Notes: generated by a model not told the origin, from the sequence alone. 64,000 bases of DNA from Eukaryota sp. TZLM1-RC (GCA_040285825.1 JAUPSS010000002.1:2294001-2358000); one strand, 5' to 3'. Shown: positions 36,001 through 50,821, counted from the first letter of the stretch. Translations and numbers: made by a program.

Positions 36001-39000
36001 CTCAACCTTGGATTTCACCAATGTCAAAACTTTAGGTCCAGTTGATTCTGATGGTAAAGTTATTAGTGGATGTGCTAATGATGAACCTCTCATCACCCTT
36101 GTTAAATCTAATGTTGATTTTGATGATGTAGTTGTTGTTGGTTGTCAATCTCAATCTATTGTTGCTACTGATTCTACTATTGATTTAGAAACTGTTCTTG
36201 TTCGTGATTCCAAAGCCTCTGGCCATGTTGAATTAACCAATTCTGACTTCAAAGCAACTAATGTTGAATTTAAGAATCTTGAAGGTAAAGTTTTTGATGT
36301 AAAGAGTGGTTCTCAAGTCGAGGGTTCAAATGTTAAAGTTATTGATACCACTACTAATAATGATCCAATGATGGTTACTGATTCTTCCACTATTGATTTT
36401 AAACAAACTGAAATTATTAATTCTTGTGTAAGACCAGCTTTTGAATCTATTGATTCTACTGTTAAAATTGACGACTTGAAGGTATCTCATCCCAATACTT
36501 ATAGTGGTTCTTTATTTGATGTTTCCAGTGCTTCTGAATTAACCTTAGATAACATCAATATTGTCAAGGAATCTTCTACTTCAACTACTGTAACTTGTTC
36601 TTTTACTGATCCTTTATTTACTGTTGATAATTCAGAGGTTACTTTGGCTGATTCCTCACTTATTGGCCATTTGTCCCAAACTCTTGTTGGTATTAACAAT
36701 GCAGATGTTACCTTTACTAATGTTGATGTATTAGATTCACAATCTTCTGGCCATGTTGAATTAACCAATTCTGACTTCAAAGCAACTAATGTTAAATTTA
36801 AGAATCTTGAAGGTAAAGTTTTTGATGTAAAGAGTGATTCTGTTTTTGATGGTTTGTGTGTACAACTTTTAAATATTGATACTCCATCTGAAGCTATTTT
36901 GAAGACTTCCTTTAGTAAAATAACTTTGGTTGATTCTAAAATACTTGATTCATCTGTGTTTAGATTAATTGATTCCATTTCTAGTGGAGAAACTACTTTA
37001 ACTAATTTCGATATCATCAATCTTACTTCTTATTCAGGTTCATTTATCAATGCTGATGACTCAACCTTGGATTTCACCAATGTCAAAAGTTTAGGCCCAG
37101 TTGATTCTGATGGTAATGTTATTAGTGGATGTGCTAATGATGAACCTCTTATTACCCTTGTTAAATCTAATGTTGATTTTGATGATGTAGTTGTTGTTGG
37201 TTGTCAATCTCAATCTATTGTTGCTACTGATTCTACTATTGATTTAGAAACTGTTCTTGTTCGTGATTCCAAAGCCTCTGGCCATGTTGAATTAACCAAT
37301 TCTGACTTCAAAGCAACTGATGTTGAATTTAAGAATCTTGAAGGTAAAGTTTTTGATGTAAAGAGTGGTTCTCAAGTCGAGGGCTTAAATGTTAAAGTTA
37401 TTGATACCACTACTAATAATGATCCAATGATGGTTACTGATTCTTCCACTATTGATTTTAAACAAACTGAAATTATTAATTCTTGTGTAAGACCAGCTTT
37501 TGAATCTATTGATTCTACTATTAAAATTGATGACTTGAAGGTATCTCATCCCAATACTTATAGTGGATCTTTATTTGATGTTTCCAGTGCTTCTGAATTA
37601 ACCTTAGATAACATCAATATTGTCAAGGAATCTTCTACTTCAACTACTGTAACTTGTTCTTTTACTGATCCTTTATTTACTGTTGATAATTCAGAGGTTA
37701 CTTTGGCTGATTCCTCACTTATTGGTCATTTGTCCCAAACTCTTGTTGGTATTAACAATGCAGATGTTACCTTTACAAATGTTGATGTATTAGATTCACA
37801 AGCTTCTGGCCATGTTGAATTAGCCAATTCTGACTTCAAAGCAACTAATTTTAAATTTAAGAATCTTGAAGGTAAAGTTTTTGACGTAAAGAGTGGTTCT
37901 CAAGTTGAAGGTTTAAATGTTAAAGTTATTGATACCACTACTAATAATGATCCAATGATGGTTACTGATTCTTCCACTATTGATTTTAAACAAACGGAAA
38001 TCATTAATTCTTGTGTAAGACCAGCTTTTGAATCTATTGATTCTACTATTAAAATTGATGACTTGAAGGTATCTCATCCCAATACTTATAGTGGATCTTT
38101 ATTTGATGTTTCCAGTGCTTCTGAATTAACCTTAGATAACATCAATATTGTCAAGGAATCTTCTACTTCAACTACTGTAACTTGTTCTTTTACTGATCCT
38201 CTATTTACTGTTGATAATTCAGCGGTTACTTTGGCTGATTCCTCACTTATTGGTCATTTGTCCCAAACTCTTGTTGGTATTAACAATGCAGATGTTACCT
38301 TTACTAATGTTGATGTATTAGATTCACAAGCTTCTGGCCATGTTGAATTGGCCAATTCTGACTTCAAAGCAACTGATGTTGAATTTAAGAATCTTGAAGG
38401 TAAAGTTTTTGACGTAAAGAGTGATTCTGATTTTAATGGTTTGCGTGTACAACTTTTAAATATTGATACTCCATCTGAAGCTCTTTTGAAGACTTCCTTT
38501 AGTAAAATAACTTTGGTTGATTCTAAAATACTTGATTCATCTGTTTTTAGATTAATTGATTCCATTTCTAGTGGAGAAACTACTTTAACTAATTTCGATA
38601 TCATCAATCTTACTTCTTATTCAGGGTCATTTATCAATGCTGATGACTCAACCTTGGATTTCACCAATGTCAAAACTTTAGGTCCAGTTGATTCTGATGG
38701 TAAAGTTATTAGTGGATGTGCTAATGATGAACCTCTTATTACCCTTGTTAAATCTAATGTTGATTTTGATGATGTAGTTGTTGTTGGTTGTCAATCTCAA
38801 TCTATTGTTGCTACTGATTCTACTATTGATTTAGAAACTGTTCTTGTTCGTGATTCAACTGCTACTGATGGTCACTTTGAATTAACCAAAACTAATTTGA
38901 CTATGAATAATGCCAATTTCCAAGGTCTTGAAGGTAAAGTTTTCAATATTAAAGATACTACTAAAGTTACTGGAACCAATGTTGGTATTTCTTACTCAAA

Positions 39001-42000
39001 TTCCAATTCTGATGACTTAATTGTGATCAATAATTCTGAGCTTACCTTGACCACTGTTGACCTTTCTGATACTAAATTCAGCAACATTATTGATTCCAAA
39101 ACTTCCACAATTACCATTACTGACTTTGATATTGTTCACCATGAATCTAATACTGGTTCATTTATCGATGCTGATGACTCAACCTTGGATTTCACCAATG
39201 TCAAAACTTTAGGTCCCGTTGATTCTGATGGTAAAGTTATTAGTGGATGTGCTAATGATGAACCTCTTATTACCCTTGTTAAATCTAATGTTGATTTTGA
39301 TGATGTAGTTGTTGTTGGTTGTCAATCTCAATCTATTGTTGCTACCGATTCTACTATTGATGTAGAAACTGTTCTTGTTCGTGATTCAACTGCTTCTGAT
39401 GGTCACTTTGAATTAACCAAAACTACTTTGACTATGAATAATGCCAATTTCCAAGGTCTTGAAGGTAAAGTTTTCAATATTAAAGATACTACTAAAGTTA
39501 CTGGAACCAATGTTGATATTTCTGACTCAAATTCCAATTCTGATGACTTAATTGTGATCGATAATTCTGATCTTACCTTGACCACTGTTGACCTTTCTAA
39601 TACTAAATTCAGCAACATTATTGATACCAAAACTTCCACAATTACCATTACTGACTTTGATATTGTTCACCATGAATCTAATACTGGCTCATTTATCAAT
39701 GCTGATGACTCAACCTTGTATTTCACCAATGTCAAAACTTTAGGTCCAGTTGATTCTGATGGTAATGTTATTAGTGGATGTGCTAATGATGAACCTCTTA
39801 TTACCCTTGTGAAATCTAATGTTGATTTTGATGATGTAGTTGTTGTAGGTTGTCAATCTCAATCTATTGTTGCTACTGATTCTACTATTGATTTAGAAAC
39901 TGTTCTTGTTCGTGATTCAACTGCTACTGATGGTCACTTTGAATTAACCAAAACTACTTTGACTATGAATAATGCCAATTTCCAAGGTCTTGAAGGTAAA
40001 GTTTTCAATATTAAAGATACTACTAAAGTTACTGGAACCAATGTTGATATTTCTGACTCAAATTCCAATTCTGATGACTTAATTGTGATCGATAATTCTG
40101 ATCTTACCTTGACCACTGTTGACCTTTCTAATACTAAATTCAGCAACATTATTGATACCAAAACTTCCACAATTACCATTTCTGACTTTGATATTGTTCA
40201 CCATGAATCTAATACTGGCTCATTTATCAATGCTGATGACTCAACCTTGGATTTCACCAATGTCAAAACTTTAGGTCCAGTTGATTCTGATGGTAATGTT
40301 ATTAGTGGATGTGCTAATGATGAACCTCTTATTACCCTTGTGAAATCTAATGTTGATTTTGATGATGTAGTTGTTGTAGGTTGTCAATCTCAATCTATTG
40401 TTGCTACTGATTCTACTATTGATTTAGAAACTGTTCTTGTTCGTGATTCAACTGCTACTGATGGTCACTTTGAATTAACCAAAACTACTTTGACTATGAA
40501 TAATGCCAATTTCCAAGGTCTTGAAGGTAAAGTTTTCAATATTAAAGATACTACTAAAATTACTGGAACCAATGTTGATATTTCTGACTCAAATTCCAAT
40601 TCTGATGACTTAATTGTGATCGATAATTCTGATCTTACCTTGACCACTGTTGACCTTTCTAATACTAAATTCAGCAACATTATTGATACCAAAACTTCCA
40701 CAATTACCATTACTGACTTTGATATTGTTCACCATGAATCTAATACTGGTTCATTTATCAATGCTGATGACTCAACCTTGGATTTCACCAATGTCAAAAC
40801 TTTAGGTCCAGTTGATTCTGATGGTAATGTTATTAGTGGATGTGCTAATGATGAACCTCTTATTACCCTTGTGAAATCTAATGTTGATTTTGGTGATGTA
40901 GTTGTTGTAGGTTGTCAATCTCAATCTATTGTTGCTACTGATTCTACTATTGATTTAGAAACTGTTCTTGTTCGTGATTCAACTGCTACTGATGGTCATT
41001 TTGAATTAACCAAAACTACTTTGACTATGAATAATACCAATTTTGAAAGACTTGACGGACATCAATTATTTTACATCCAATCAAATTCAATTATTATGTC
41101 TTCAAATTTGATGTTCAACTCAATTAATTCAAACTCTTTTTCTTTTATCTCAATGTTTGAATCTGAATTTTACTTGGTAGATTCACTTATTGAGAATACG
41201 ACTGCCAAACATGTTGTTGAAGCTAAAGAATCAGAGTTAAGTTTCACCAATCTAACAATTAATGATTCTGTTTTCACTGATGAAGCTTTCTCGTTAGTGC
41301 AAAGTATTGTTGGAGAATTTTCTTATTTCGTCAATCATCATTTCAAGGCTACCAATATGGTTGTTTTACAAGATCAATCTTTTGTTAAATTGCTCAACTA
41401 TATTGTTTCTCCTCATGTAAATTATAGAAATTCTTTGGTTATTGCAAAAGATTCCATTGTTGAATTAGAAAACTTTTTAGCTCTTGGCAAAGTTTATTCG
41501 GAAACTGGCAGTTTAATTCAAGACTGTACCAACCTTGGCCCTATTTTGTTCTTGACAAGAACTGATTTGAAGATGAATAATGTGGATCTCGTTGGTTGTA
41601 CTGCTCAGAGTTTAGTTGCTGATGATTCTCGTATTAACTTTGAAAATGTTACCTTTAGGGATGGAGTTGTTCAGGGTGGTCATGTAAAGTTAACACAAAC
41701 TGTGTTGGAAGGAAATTCACTTGTAATTAATAACCTTGTTGGTAAAATTTTTGACATTGAACAGAATAGTGAAGGTATCTTAGTCAATGTTGATATTTCT
41801 GATTCAAATTCCAATTCTGATGACTTAATTGTGATCAATAATTCTGATCTTACCTTGACCAATGTTGACCTTTCTAATACTAAATTCAGCAACATTATTG
41901 AATCTGAAAGTTCCACAATTACCATTACTGACTTTGATATTGTTCACCATGAATCTAATACTGGCTCATTTATCAATGCTGATGATTCAACCTTGGATTT

Positions 42001-45000
42001 CACCAATGTCAAAACTTTAGGTCCAGTTGATTCAGATGGTAAAGTTATTAGCGGATGTGCTAATGATGAACCTCTTATTACCCTTGTTAAATCTAATGTT
42101 GATTTTTATGATGTAGTTGTTGTTGGTTGTCAATCTCAATCTATTGTTGCTACTGATTCTACTATTGATTTAGAAACTGTTCTTGTTCGTGATTCAACTG
42201 CTACTGATGGTCACTTTGAATTAACCAAAACTACTTTGACTATGAATAATGCCAATTTCCAAGGTCTTGAAGGTAAAGTTTTCAATATTAAAGATACTGC
42301 TAAAGTTACTGGAACCAATGTTGATATTTCTGATTCAAATTCCAATTCTGATGACTTAATTGTGATCAATAATTCTGATCTTACCTTGACCAATGTTGAC
42401 CTTTCTGATACTAAATTCAGCAACATTATTGATACCAAAACTTCCACAATTACCATTACTGACTTTGATATTGTTCACCATGAATCTAATACTGGCTCAT
42501 TTATCAATGCTGATGACTCAACCTTGGATTTCATCAAAGTCAAAACTTTAGGTCCAGTTGATTCTGATGGTAAAGTTATTAGTGGATGTGCTAATGATGA
42601 ACCTCTTATGACCCTTGTTAAATCTAATGTTGATTTTGATGATGTAGTTGTTGTTGGTTGTCAATCTCAATCTATTGTTGCTACTGATTCTACTATTGAT
42701 TTAGAAACTGTTCTTGTTCGTGATTCAACTGCTACTGATGGTCATTTTGAATTAACCAAAACTACTTTGACTATGAATAATGCCAATTTCCAAGGTCTTG
42801 AAGGTAAAGTTATCAATATTAAAGATACTACTAAAGTTACTGGAACCAATGTTGATATTTCTGATTCAAATTCCAATTTTGATGACTTATTTGTGATCAA
42901 TAATTCTGAGCTTACCTTGACCACTGTTGACCTTTCTGATACTAAATTCAGCAACATTATTGATACCAAAACTTCCACAATTACCATTACTGACTTTGAT
43001 ATTGTTCACCATGAATCTAATACTGGTTCATTTATCAATGCTGATGACTCAACCTTGGATTTCACCAATGTCAAAACTTTAGGTCCAGTTGATTCTGATG
43101 GTAAAGTTATTAGTGGATGTGCTAATGATGAACCTCTTATTACCCTTGTTAAATCTAATGTTGATTTTGATGATGTAGTTGTTGTTGGTTGTCAATCTCA
43201 ATCTATTGTTGCTACTGATTCTACTATTGATTTAGAAACTGTTCTTGTTCGTGATTCAACTGCTACTGATGGTCACTTTGAATTAACCAAAACTACTTTG
43301 ACTATGAATAATGCCAATTTCCAAGGTCTTGAAGGTAAAGTTTTCAATATTAAAGATACTGCTAAAGTTACTGGAACCAATGTTGATATTTCTGATTCAA
43401 ATTCCAATTCTGATGACTTAATTGTGATCAATAATTCTGATCTTACCTTGACCAATGTTGACCTTTCTGATACTAAATTCAGCAACATTATTGATACCAA
43501 AACTTCCACAATTACCATTACTGACTTTTGATATTGTTCACCATGAATCTAATACTGGCTCATTTATCAATGCTGATGACTCAACCTTGGATTTCATCAA
43601 AGTCAAAACTTTAGGTCCAGTTGATTCTGATGGTAAAGTTATTAGTGGATGTGCTAATGATGAACCTCTTATGACCCTTGTTAAATCTAATGTTGATTTT
43701 GATGATGTAGTTGTTGTTGGTTGTCAATCTCAATCTATTGTTGCTACTGATTCTACTATTGATTTAGAAACTGTTCTTGTTCGTGATTCAACTGCTACTG
43801 ATGGTCATTTTGAATTAACCAAAACTACTTTGACTATGAATAATGCCAATTTCCAAGGTCTTGAAGGTAAAAGTTATCAATATTAAAGATACTACTAAAG
43901 TTACTGGAACCAATGTTGATATTTCTGATTCAAATTCCAATTTTGATGACTTATTTGTGATCAATAATTCTGAGCTTACCTTGACCACTGTTGACCTTTC
44001 TGATACTAAATTCAGCAACATTATTGATACCAAAACTTCCACAATTACCATTACTGACTTTGATATTGTTCACCATGAATCTAATACTGGTTCATTTATC
44101 AATGCTGATGACTCAACCTTGGATTTCACCAATGTCAAAACTTTAGGTCCAGTTGATTCTGATGGTAAAGTTATTAGTGGATGTGCTAATGATGAACCTC
44201 TTATTACCCTTGTTAAATCTAATGTTGATTTTGATGATGTAGTTGTTGTTGGTTGTCAATCTCAATCTATTGTTGCTACTGATTCTACTATTGATTTAGA
44301 AACTGTTCTTGTTCGTGATTCAACTGCTACTGATGGTCACTTTGAATTAACCAAAACTACTTTGACTATGAATAATGCCAATTTCCAAGGTCTTGAAGGT
44401 AAAGTTTTCAATATTAAAGATACTACTAAAGTTACTGGAACCAATGTTGATATTTCTGACTCAAATTCCAATTCTGATGACTTAATTGTGATCTATAATT
44501 CTGATCTTACCTTGACCACTGTTGACCTTTCTAATACTAAATTCAGCAACATTATTGATACCAAAACTTCCACAATTACCATTACTGACTTTGATATTGT
44601 TCACCATGAATCTAATACTGGCTCATTCATCAATACTGATGACTCAACCTTGGATTTCACCGATGTCAAAACTTTAGGTCCAGTTGATTCTGATGGTAAT
44701 GTTATTAGTGGATGTGCTAATGATGAACCTCTTATGACCCTTGTTAAATCTAATGTTGATTTTGATGATGTAGTTGTTGTTGGTTGTCAATCTCAATCTA
44801 TTGTTGCTACTGATTCTACTATTGATTTAGAAACTGTTCTTGTTCGTGATTCAACTGCTACTGATGGTCACTTTGAATTAACCAAAACTACTTTGACTAT
44901 GAATAATGCCAATTTCCAAGGTCTTGAAGGTAAAGTTTTCAATATTAAAGATACTACCAAAGTTACTGGAGCCAATGTTGGTATTTCTGATTCAAATTCA

Positions 45001-47040
45001 AATTCTGATAACTTAATTGTAATCAATAATTCTGATCTTACCTTGACCACTGTTGACCTTTCTAATACTAAATTCAGCAACATTATTGATACCAAAACTT
45101 CCACAATCACCATTACTGACTTTGATATTGTTCACCATGAATCTAATAGTGGCTCATTCATCAATACTGATGACTCAACCTTGGATTTCACCAATGTCAA
45201 AACTTTAGGTCCAGTTGATTCTGATGGTAAAGTTATTAGTGGATGTGCTAATGATGAACCTCTTATTACCCTTGTTAAATCTAATGTTGATTTTGATGAT
45301 GTAGTTGTTGTTGGTTGTCAATCTCAATCTATTGTTGCTACTGATTCTACTATTGATTTAGAAACTGTTCTTGTTCGTGATTCAACTGCTACTGATGGTC
45401 ATTTTGAATTAACCAAAACTACTTTGACTATGAATAATGCCAATTTCCAAGGTCTTGAAGGTAAAGTTTTCAATATTAAAGATACTACTAAAGTTACTGG
45501 AACCAATGTTGATATTTCTGATTCAAATTCCAATTCTGATGACTTAATTGTGATCAATAATTCTGAGCTTACCTTGACCACTGTTGACCTTTCTAATACT
45601 AAATTCAGCAACATTATTGATACCAAAACTTCCACAATTACCATTACTGACTTTGATATTGTTCACCATGAGTCTAATACTGGCTCATTTATCAATGCTG
45701 ATGACTCAACCTTGGATTTCACCAATGTCAAAACTTTAGGTCCAGTTGATTCTGATTGTAAAGTTATTAGTGGATGTGCTAATGATGAACCTCTTATTAC
45801 CCTTGTTAAATCTAATGTTGATTTTGATGATGTAGTTGTTGTTGGTTGTCAATCTCAATCTATTGTTGCTACTGATTCTACTATTGATTTAGAAACTGTT
45901 CTTGTTCGTGATTCAACTGCTACTGATGGTCACTTTGAATTAACCAAAACTAATTTGACTATGAATAATGCCAATTTCCAAGGTCTTGAAGGTAAAGTTT
46001 TCAATATTAAAGATACTACTAAAGTTACTGGAACCAATGTTGATATTTCTGATTCAAATTCCAATTCTGATGACTTAATTGTGATCAATAATTCTGAGCT
46101 TACCTTGACCACTGTTGACCTTTCTAATACTAAATTCAGCAACATTATTGATACCAAAACTTCCACAATTACCATTACTGACTTTGATATTGTTCACCAT
46201 GAATCTAATACTGGCTCATTTATCAATGCTGATGACTCAACCTTGGATTTCACCAATGTCAAAACTTTAGGTCCAGTTGATTCTGATGGTAAAGTTATTA
46301 GCGGATGTGCTAATGATGAACCTCTTATTACCCTTGTTAAATCTAATGTTGATTTTGATGATGTAGTTGTTGTTGGTTGTCAATCTCAATCTATTGTTGC
46401 TACTGATTCTACTATTGATTTAGAAACTGTTCTTGTTCGTGATTCAACTGCTACTGATGGTCATTTTGAATTAACCAAAACTACTTTGACTATGAATAAT
46501 GCCAATTTCCAAGGTCTTGAAGGTAAAGTTTTCAATATTAAAGATACTACTAAAGTTACTGGAACCAATGTTGATATTTCTGATTCAAATTCCAATTCTG
46601 ATGATTTAATTGTGATCAATAATTCTGATCTTACCTTGACCAATGTTGACCTTTCTAATACTAAATTCAGCAACATTATTGATACCCAAACTTCCATAAT
46701 TACCATTACTGACTTTGATATTGTTCACCATGAATCTAATACTGGCTCATTTATCAATGCTGATGACTCAACCTTGGATTTCACCAATGTCAAAACTTTA
46801 GGTCCAGTTGATTCTGATGGTAAAGTTATTAGTGGATGTGCTAATGATGAACCTCTTATTACCCTTGTTAAATCTAATGTTGATTTTGATGATGTAGTTG
46901 TTGTTGGTTGTCAATCTCAATCTATTGTTGCTACTGATTCTACTATTGATTTAGAAACTGTTCTTGTTCGTGATTCAACTGCTACTGATGGTCATTTTGA
47001 ATTAACCAAAACTACTTTGACTATGAATAATACCAATTTT
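30015..47040 (+). repeat. Intragenic tandem array of about 29 near-identical 528/531-bp modules of three types
   Basis: Type a period 528 bp (30021, 30549, 31077, 31605); types b and c period 531 bp (e.g. 39403, 39934, 40465). One divergent spacer at ~41040-41780. Confidence 0.95.
34385..35278 (-). mobile_element. Recent 5'-truncated RLE family A insertion inside the giant gene
   Basis: 10-bp TSD ATTTCTGACT (34375-34384 / 35279-35288). Nearly identical to the copy at 20220-21095; AATAAA-gatgatcc-A5 tail. Confidence 0.95.
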
Positions 47041-50000
47041 GAAAGACTTGAAGGTGAAGTTCTTTATATTACTGATGCTTCACTTGTTAATGGATCAAAC
47101 ATTATTCTTTCAGAAATTACATCCTTGGATAACTTTATAACATCCATCAACAAAAACTCCCTTTTATCATTGTTTAGTGTTTTAGTCAAAGATTCCAAAA
47201 CTATGCACTTATTGGTTTCTTTTGATTTCACTAGTTTTATTGACACATTTGCCACTCATTCTAGTATTGTTTCGGCTTCTAGTTTTAATTTACTCAACTC
47301 TACAGCTATTATTGATAGGTATTCAGTAGATTATGACTATCAATCTAAACATTTGATTACTTTAAGTGATTCTACTGTCACCTTGCGTAATTCTATCATT
47401 GTACCCCAACGTTCTTATACCAATAATTTGATCATCTCTACAAGGTCTAAGTTTTTTATCAATAATGTAACAACCACTAGCTTATTTGATCTTGGTTCTA
47501 AATTTGTTTTTGTTGATTGGATTCACTCCAATCCCTTAATTATTTCTACAAATAGTGAATTTGAAATTGATGATTCTATTGTAACTAATAGTGGTGCTTC
47601 AGCTGTAATTTCTTCCAACTCTGACTTGATTTTCACAGGTTTCCTCTTATTCATACAATGGGTTATTATTTGAAGGAATTAAGTCTGATTTCTTGTTTAA
47701 GTCTTCAGAGTTCCACAAAGTCCATCTCTCAAATGATCTTCCATCATTTAAATTCTCAGGATCCAAGATTGATTTTGATGATGTTTTGATTGCAGACTCT
47801 CAAGTTGACAATCAGACACCTTCTTTGCCTATTTTTGATTGTTCTCAGAGTCATTTATCCATTGTTAATTCTCATTTCACCAAAAACGATGGTGTTATTT
47901 TCTATGTCCATAAGGATTCAGTATTTGATTTAGAACAAAGTGAAATTATCAATAACCAATCACCTCTAAGTCCAATTATACTGGAAGAAGTCGCTCTTGG
48001 TTATGTCCACGGCCTTAATAGTTTCAGAAACAATAGAGGACTTGATGGAGGATGTATTTCGGTACTTAATTCTTTGAACTTTACTTGCACAAGAAATATG
48101 TTTTCAGGTTCATTTGCCACGAGAGACGGTGGTTCTCTCAATGTTCGCTCATCTAGAACAATTTCCACTGCTCGAATTGCTGATAATTCTTTTGTAAATA
48201 ATCATGCTGTAAGAGCTGGTGGTGCATTCTACCTTAACTACAGACCCTATCCAAAAGAAGAAGATTTGAGTAATAACTTCCAAGACTGCCAGGCATATGA
48301 ATGGGGTGATGATGTTGCTACTGATCCCCGTCACATTGAATTAGAATGGGTTGATCCTGAATCAATTGCGTATAGACGACAGCTCTCCGTTTTTGTCACT
48401 GACTATTATAATGTTCGAGCTTGGGTTCGTTCTGAATACGTTGATCAACTCAATCTTTATCCAATTAGTGATGATGTTTTACTTCAAGGACCTCCCACAA
48501 CTGGACGCTTCTCGAACTGGATGCTACGAACTGTTATTACAATGCGCGGTGTTCCTGGTAATTATACTTTATTTGTTGGACTTCCAGGTCTTGAACCAGC
48601 TGAAATATCCTTCCGTACAGGTGCTTGTCCCCTTGGACATGGTATTAGTGGTCCTCAATGTGTTCCTTGCAGAGAAGGTACTCGGTCATCCCCTAACGGA
48701 AACTCCACGTGTATTAACTGTCCTGCCGGTCAATGGTCACGTGAAGGTTCTTATGATTGTAACCCTTGTCCTATTGGTAGTTTCCGTCCTGATGACCGCT
48801 CTCCTGCTTGTCAAGCTTGTCCTGTTGGTTCAATCGCCCCTCAAGTTGGTTCTACTGATTGTCAACGATGTGGTTACAGACAAGTAAACGATCATGGAAG
48901 GAGTGAATGTGAGTGTATCTCTAGTTATTTGGCTGGTTCTGATTCCCAGGGCGAGTTGGAATGTCTACCATGTCCTTTGGGTCTTGCCTGTTTTGGTTCA
49001 GATTCTACTTGTGTAATGCCTGGTTATTGGCCAGGAACTAGTCAAGTCTTATCTGCAAATGATACAATTAATGTTATTGAAAACTACTACAAGTGCCAAC
49101 ATTCTGGTTGCCTTGGATCTTGTGCGGATGGCCTGATGCCAGAAAACATGGATGACATTGGAGATCTTTGCGATACTAACCATGGTGGTTTGTTATGTCT
49201 TGAATGCAAGGACCACTCATATATGATGGCTGGTAAATGTACAGCTTGTGGTGATGCTATAACTAATATGGTAACACTTGGTATTTCCATTGTTGTTTTA
49301 TTATTCTTTATTTACTGCATCATCAAGGAGGGTGCCAAAATGGGTCTATTCTTTGTTGTTATCAGATTCCTACAACAAGCAGTCAGTATCACGGTTATGT
49401 CCAATATTACCATTCATTCCAAACTAATTCCCATTTATGGAGCACTAAAGACTGTATTTGTTGATATTTGGAAAACTATTCCTTTAATGTGCCTAGATTT
49501 AATCAGTCGTGATTACCCAATAGCTCTTTTTGCCTCATTTGCCATTGTTTTTGTTTTTGTAATTGCCGTTTATATCAAAAAGCCCAAAGACCCCAATACT
49601 GGATACCCATCCACTATTTACACCTCTGAAATAGTCTTGGTTGTTATTTTGCTATTTGTTCCCTCCCTTGCCCATCTCACTTTTGGTCTATTCAGTTGCA
49701 TTCCTGTAAATGATACCTATGTTGTTGAAGCAGATGCTTCTGAAAACATTATGAAATGTTTCACTATTGAATGGTGGACTCTTGCTGGCGCTGCTATATT
49801 ACTATCGTTGATTACTCTGCTTTATCTTTCAATTTTGTTTAATAAAAAGCCACCCAAAGATGCTGTTGGCCAACGACCTGTTGAAATTCACAGATACTAT
49901 GGTTATCGGGCAATGTCTTATGAAAAGATGTTTTTGGCTGCTACTGTTACCATCACTGGTTTGTTATGGTTGGTCCCTACTGGTCTAATTAGAATTTCAG

Positions 50001-50821
50001 CTACTGTGGTCTTTGTTTTAGCGGTTGTTGTGTTTATTTGCAAGACCAACCCCTTCAAGGATGCCAAATTCAATTATGCATCTATTGGCTCTTGTATTGT
50101 TTTGGTTATCCTTCTGTTCCAGGGTTTAATTATCGAATTGTCTCGTTTCTCTAGGCACTTTGTTTGGGTTAGTGACACAGTTGGTTCTTTTGCCGTGGGA
50201 TTAATTCCAATTATTTGGACTATTGTGCTTCTGTTCATGGCATTTAAGGGTTTCATTACTGCCCCTGTCGTCATTTCTGCCACTCAAAGTAAGGTCACTT
50301 ATTCAACCAATCCATTGATGAATCCAATGTTACAGGCTTCTTTGGCTGCAAAGCCTATTAATAGAGGACCTAGCAATCCCCTGGCTCGTTTTTAGGTAGG
50401 TTTGTGTAAATTTTGTTTCATAAATTTGTGTGTTTCTTTTGTTTTTGCACAACTTGGGCATTAATTGTTTATTTAATCTTAAATCAATAATTTAAAACTT
50501 TAGTGTTGAAATCAGACCTATCATTTTCACCCTTTATATTTTAACTATATGGCTTCACATCACCTTTTGATCTATACCTCATCATTTTAATAATTATTAT
50601 GGTATCCGTTTGTTGCGATGTTTAAATATTGTGTAGACCCTTGTAATTGCGAAATGGATTTGAAGAAACTGTAGAATGATACTAAATATCTTCATTTTTT
50701 TTTCATTCCAGTGTTTATTTTTCAAATAATTCAAGAAATCTTGCTTTTGCTGAGAATCAAATGGAGAAGCAATAAATACTATTTCTACTTCCATTAAATT
50801 TTTCATTATCATTATTGATTA

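Larger units (their letters stand above)
25024..50395 (+). pseudogene. Giant cell-surface receptor/adhesin-like gene (~8,150 aa reconstructed), disrupted in this assembly
   Basis: ORFs 25024-34419, 35276-43531, 43455-43886, 43843-47673 and 47693-50395 join into one frame once the 904-bp insertion+TSD is removed and three frameshifts are fixed. Signal peptide, beta-helix/pectin-lyase-like repeats, Pmp-like FxxN/GGA motifs, Cys-rich CPxG (GCC2/GCC3-like) repeats, multi-pass TM C-terminus. Confidence 0.85.

Noticed and set aside
30300-46706. Many repeated minus-strand ORFs (81-173 aa)
   Set aside because: Antisense shadows of the tandem coding repeats.
30015-47040. CRISPR-like or satellite interpretation of the repeats
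   Set aside because: Units are 528/531-bp in-frame coding modules with no spacer structure or cas genes.
47639-47675. 37-nt GT..AG segment whose removal would restore the giant gene frame
   Set aside because: No branch-point motif is evident. The segment read in the downstream frame (QVSSYSYNGLLFEG) aligns in register with the repeat pattern NVEFKNLEGKVFD, so a 2-nt deletion at ~47632 is the better explanation.
50597-50812. Minus-strand ORF faintly resembling the family A C-terminus
   Set aside because: Too decayed to call confidently.
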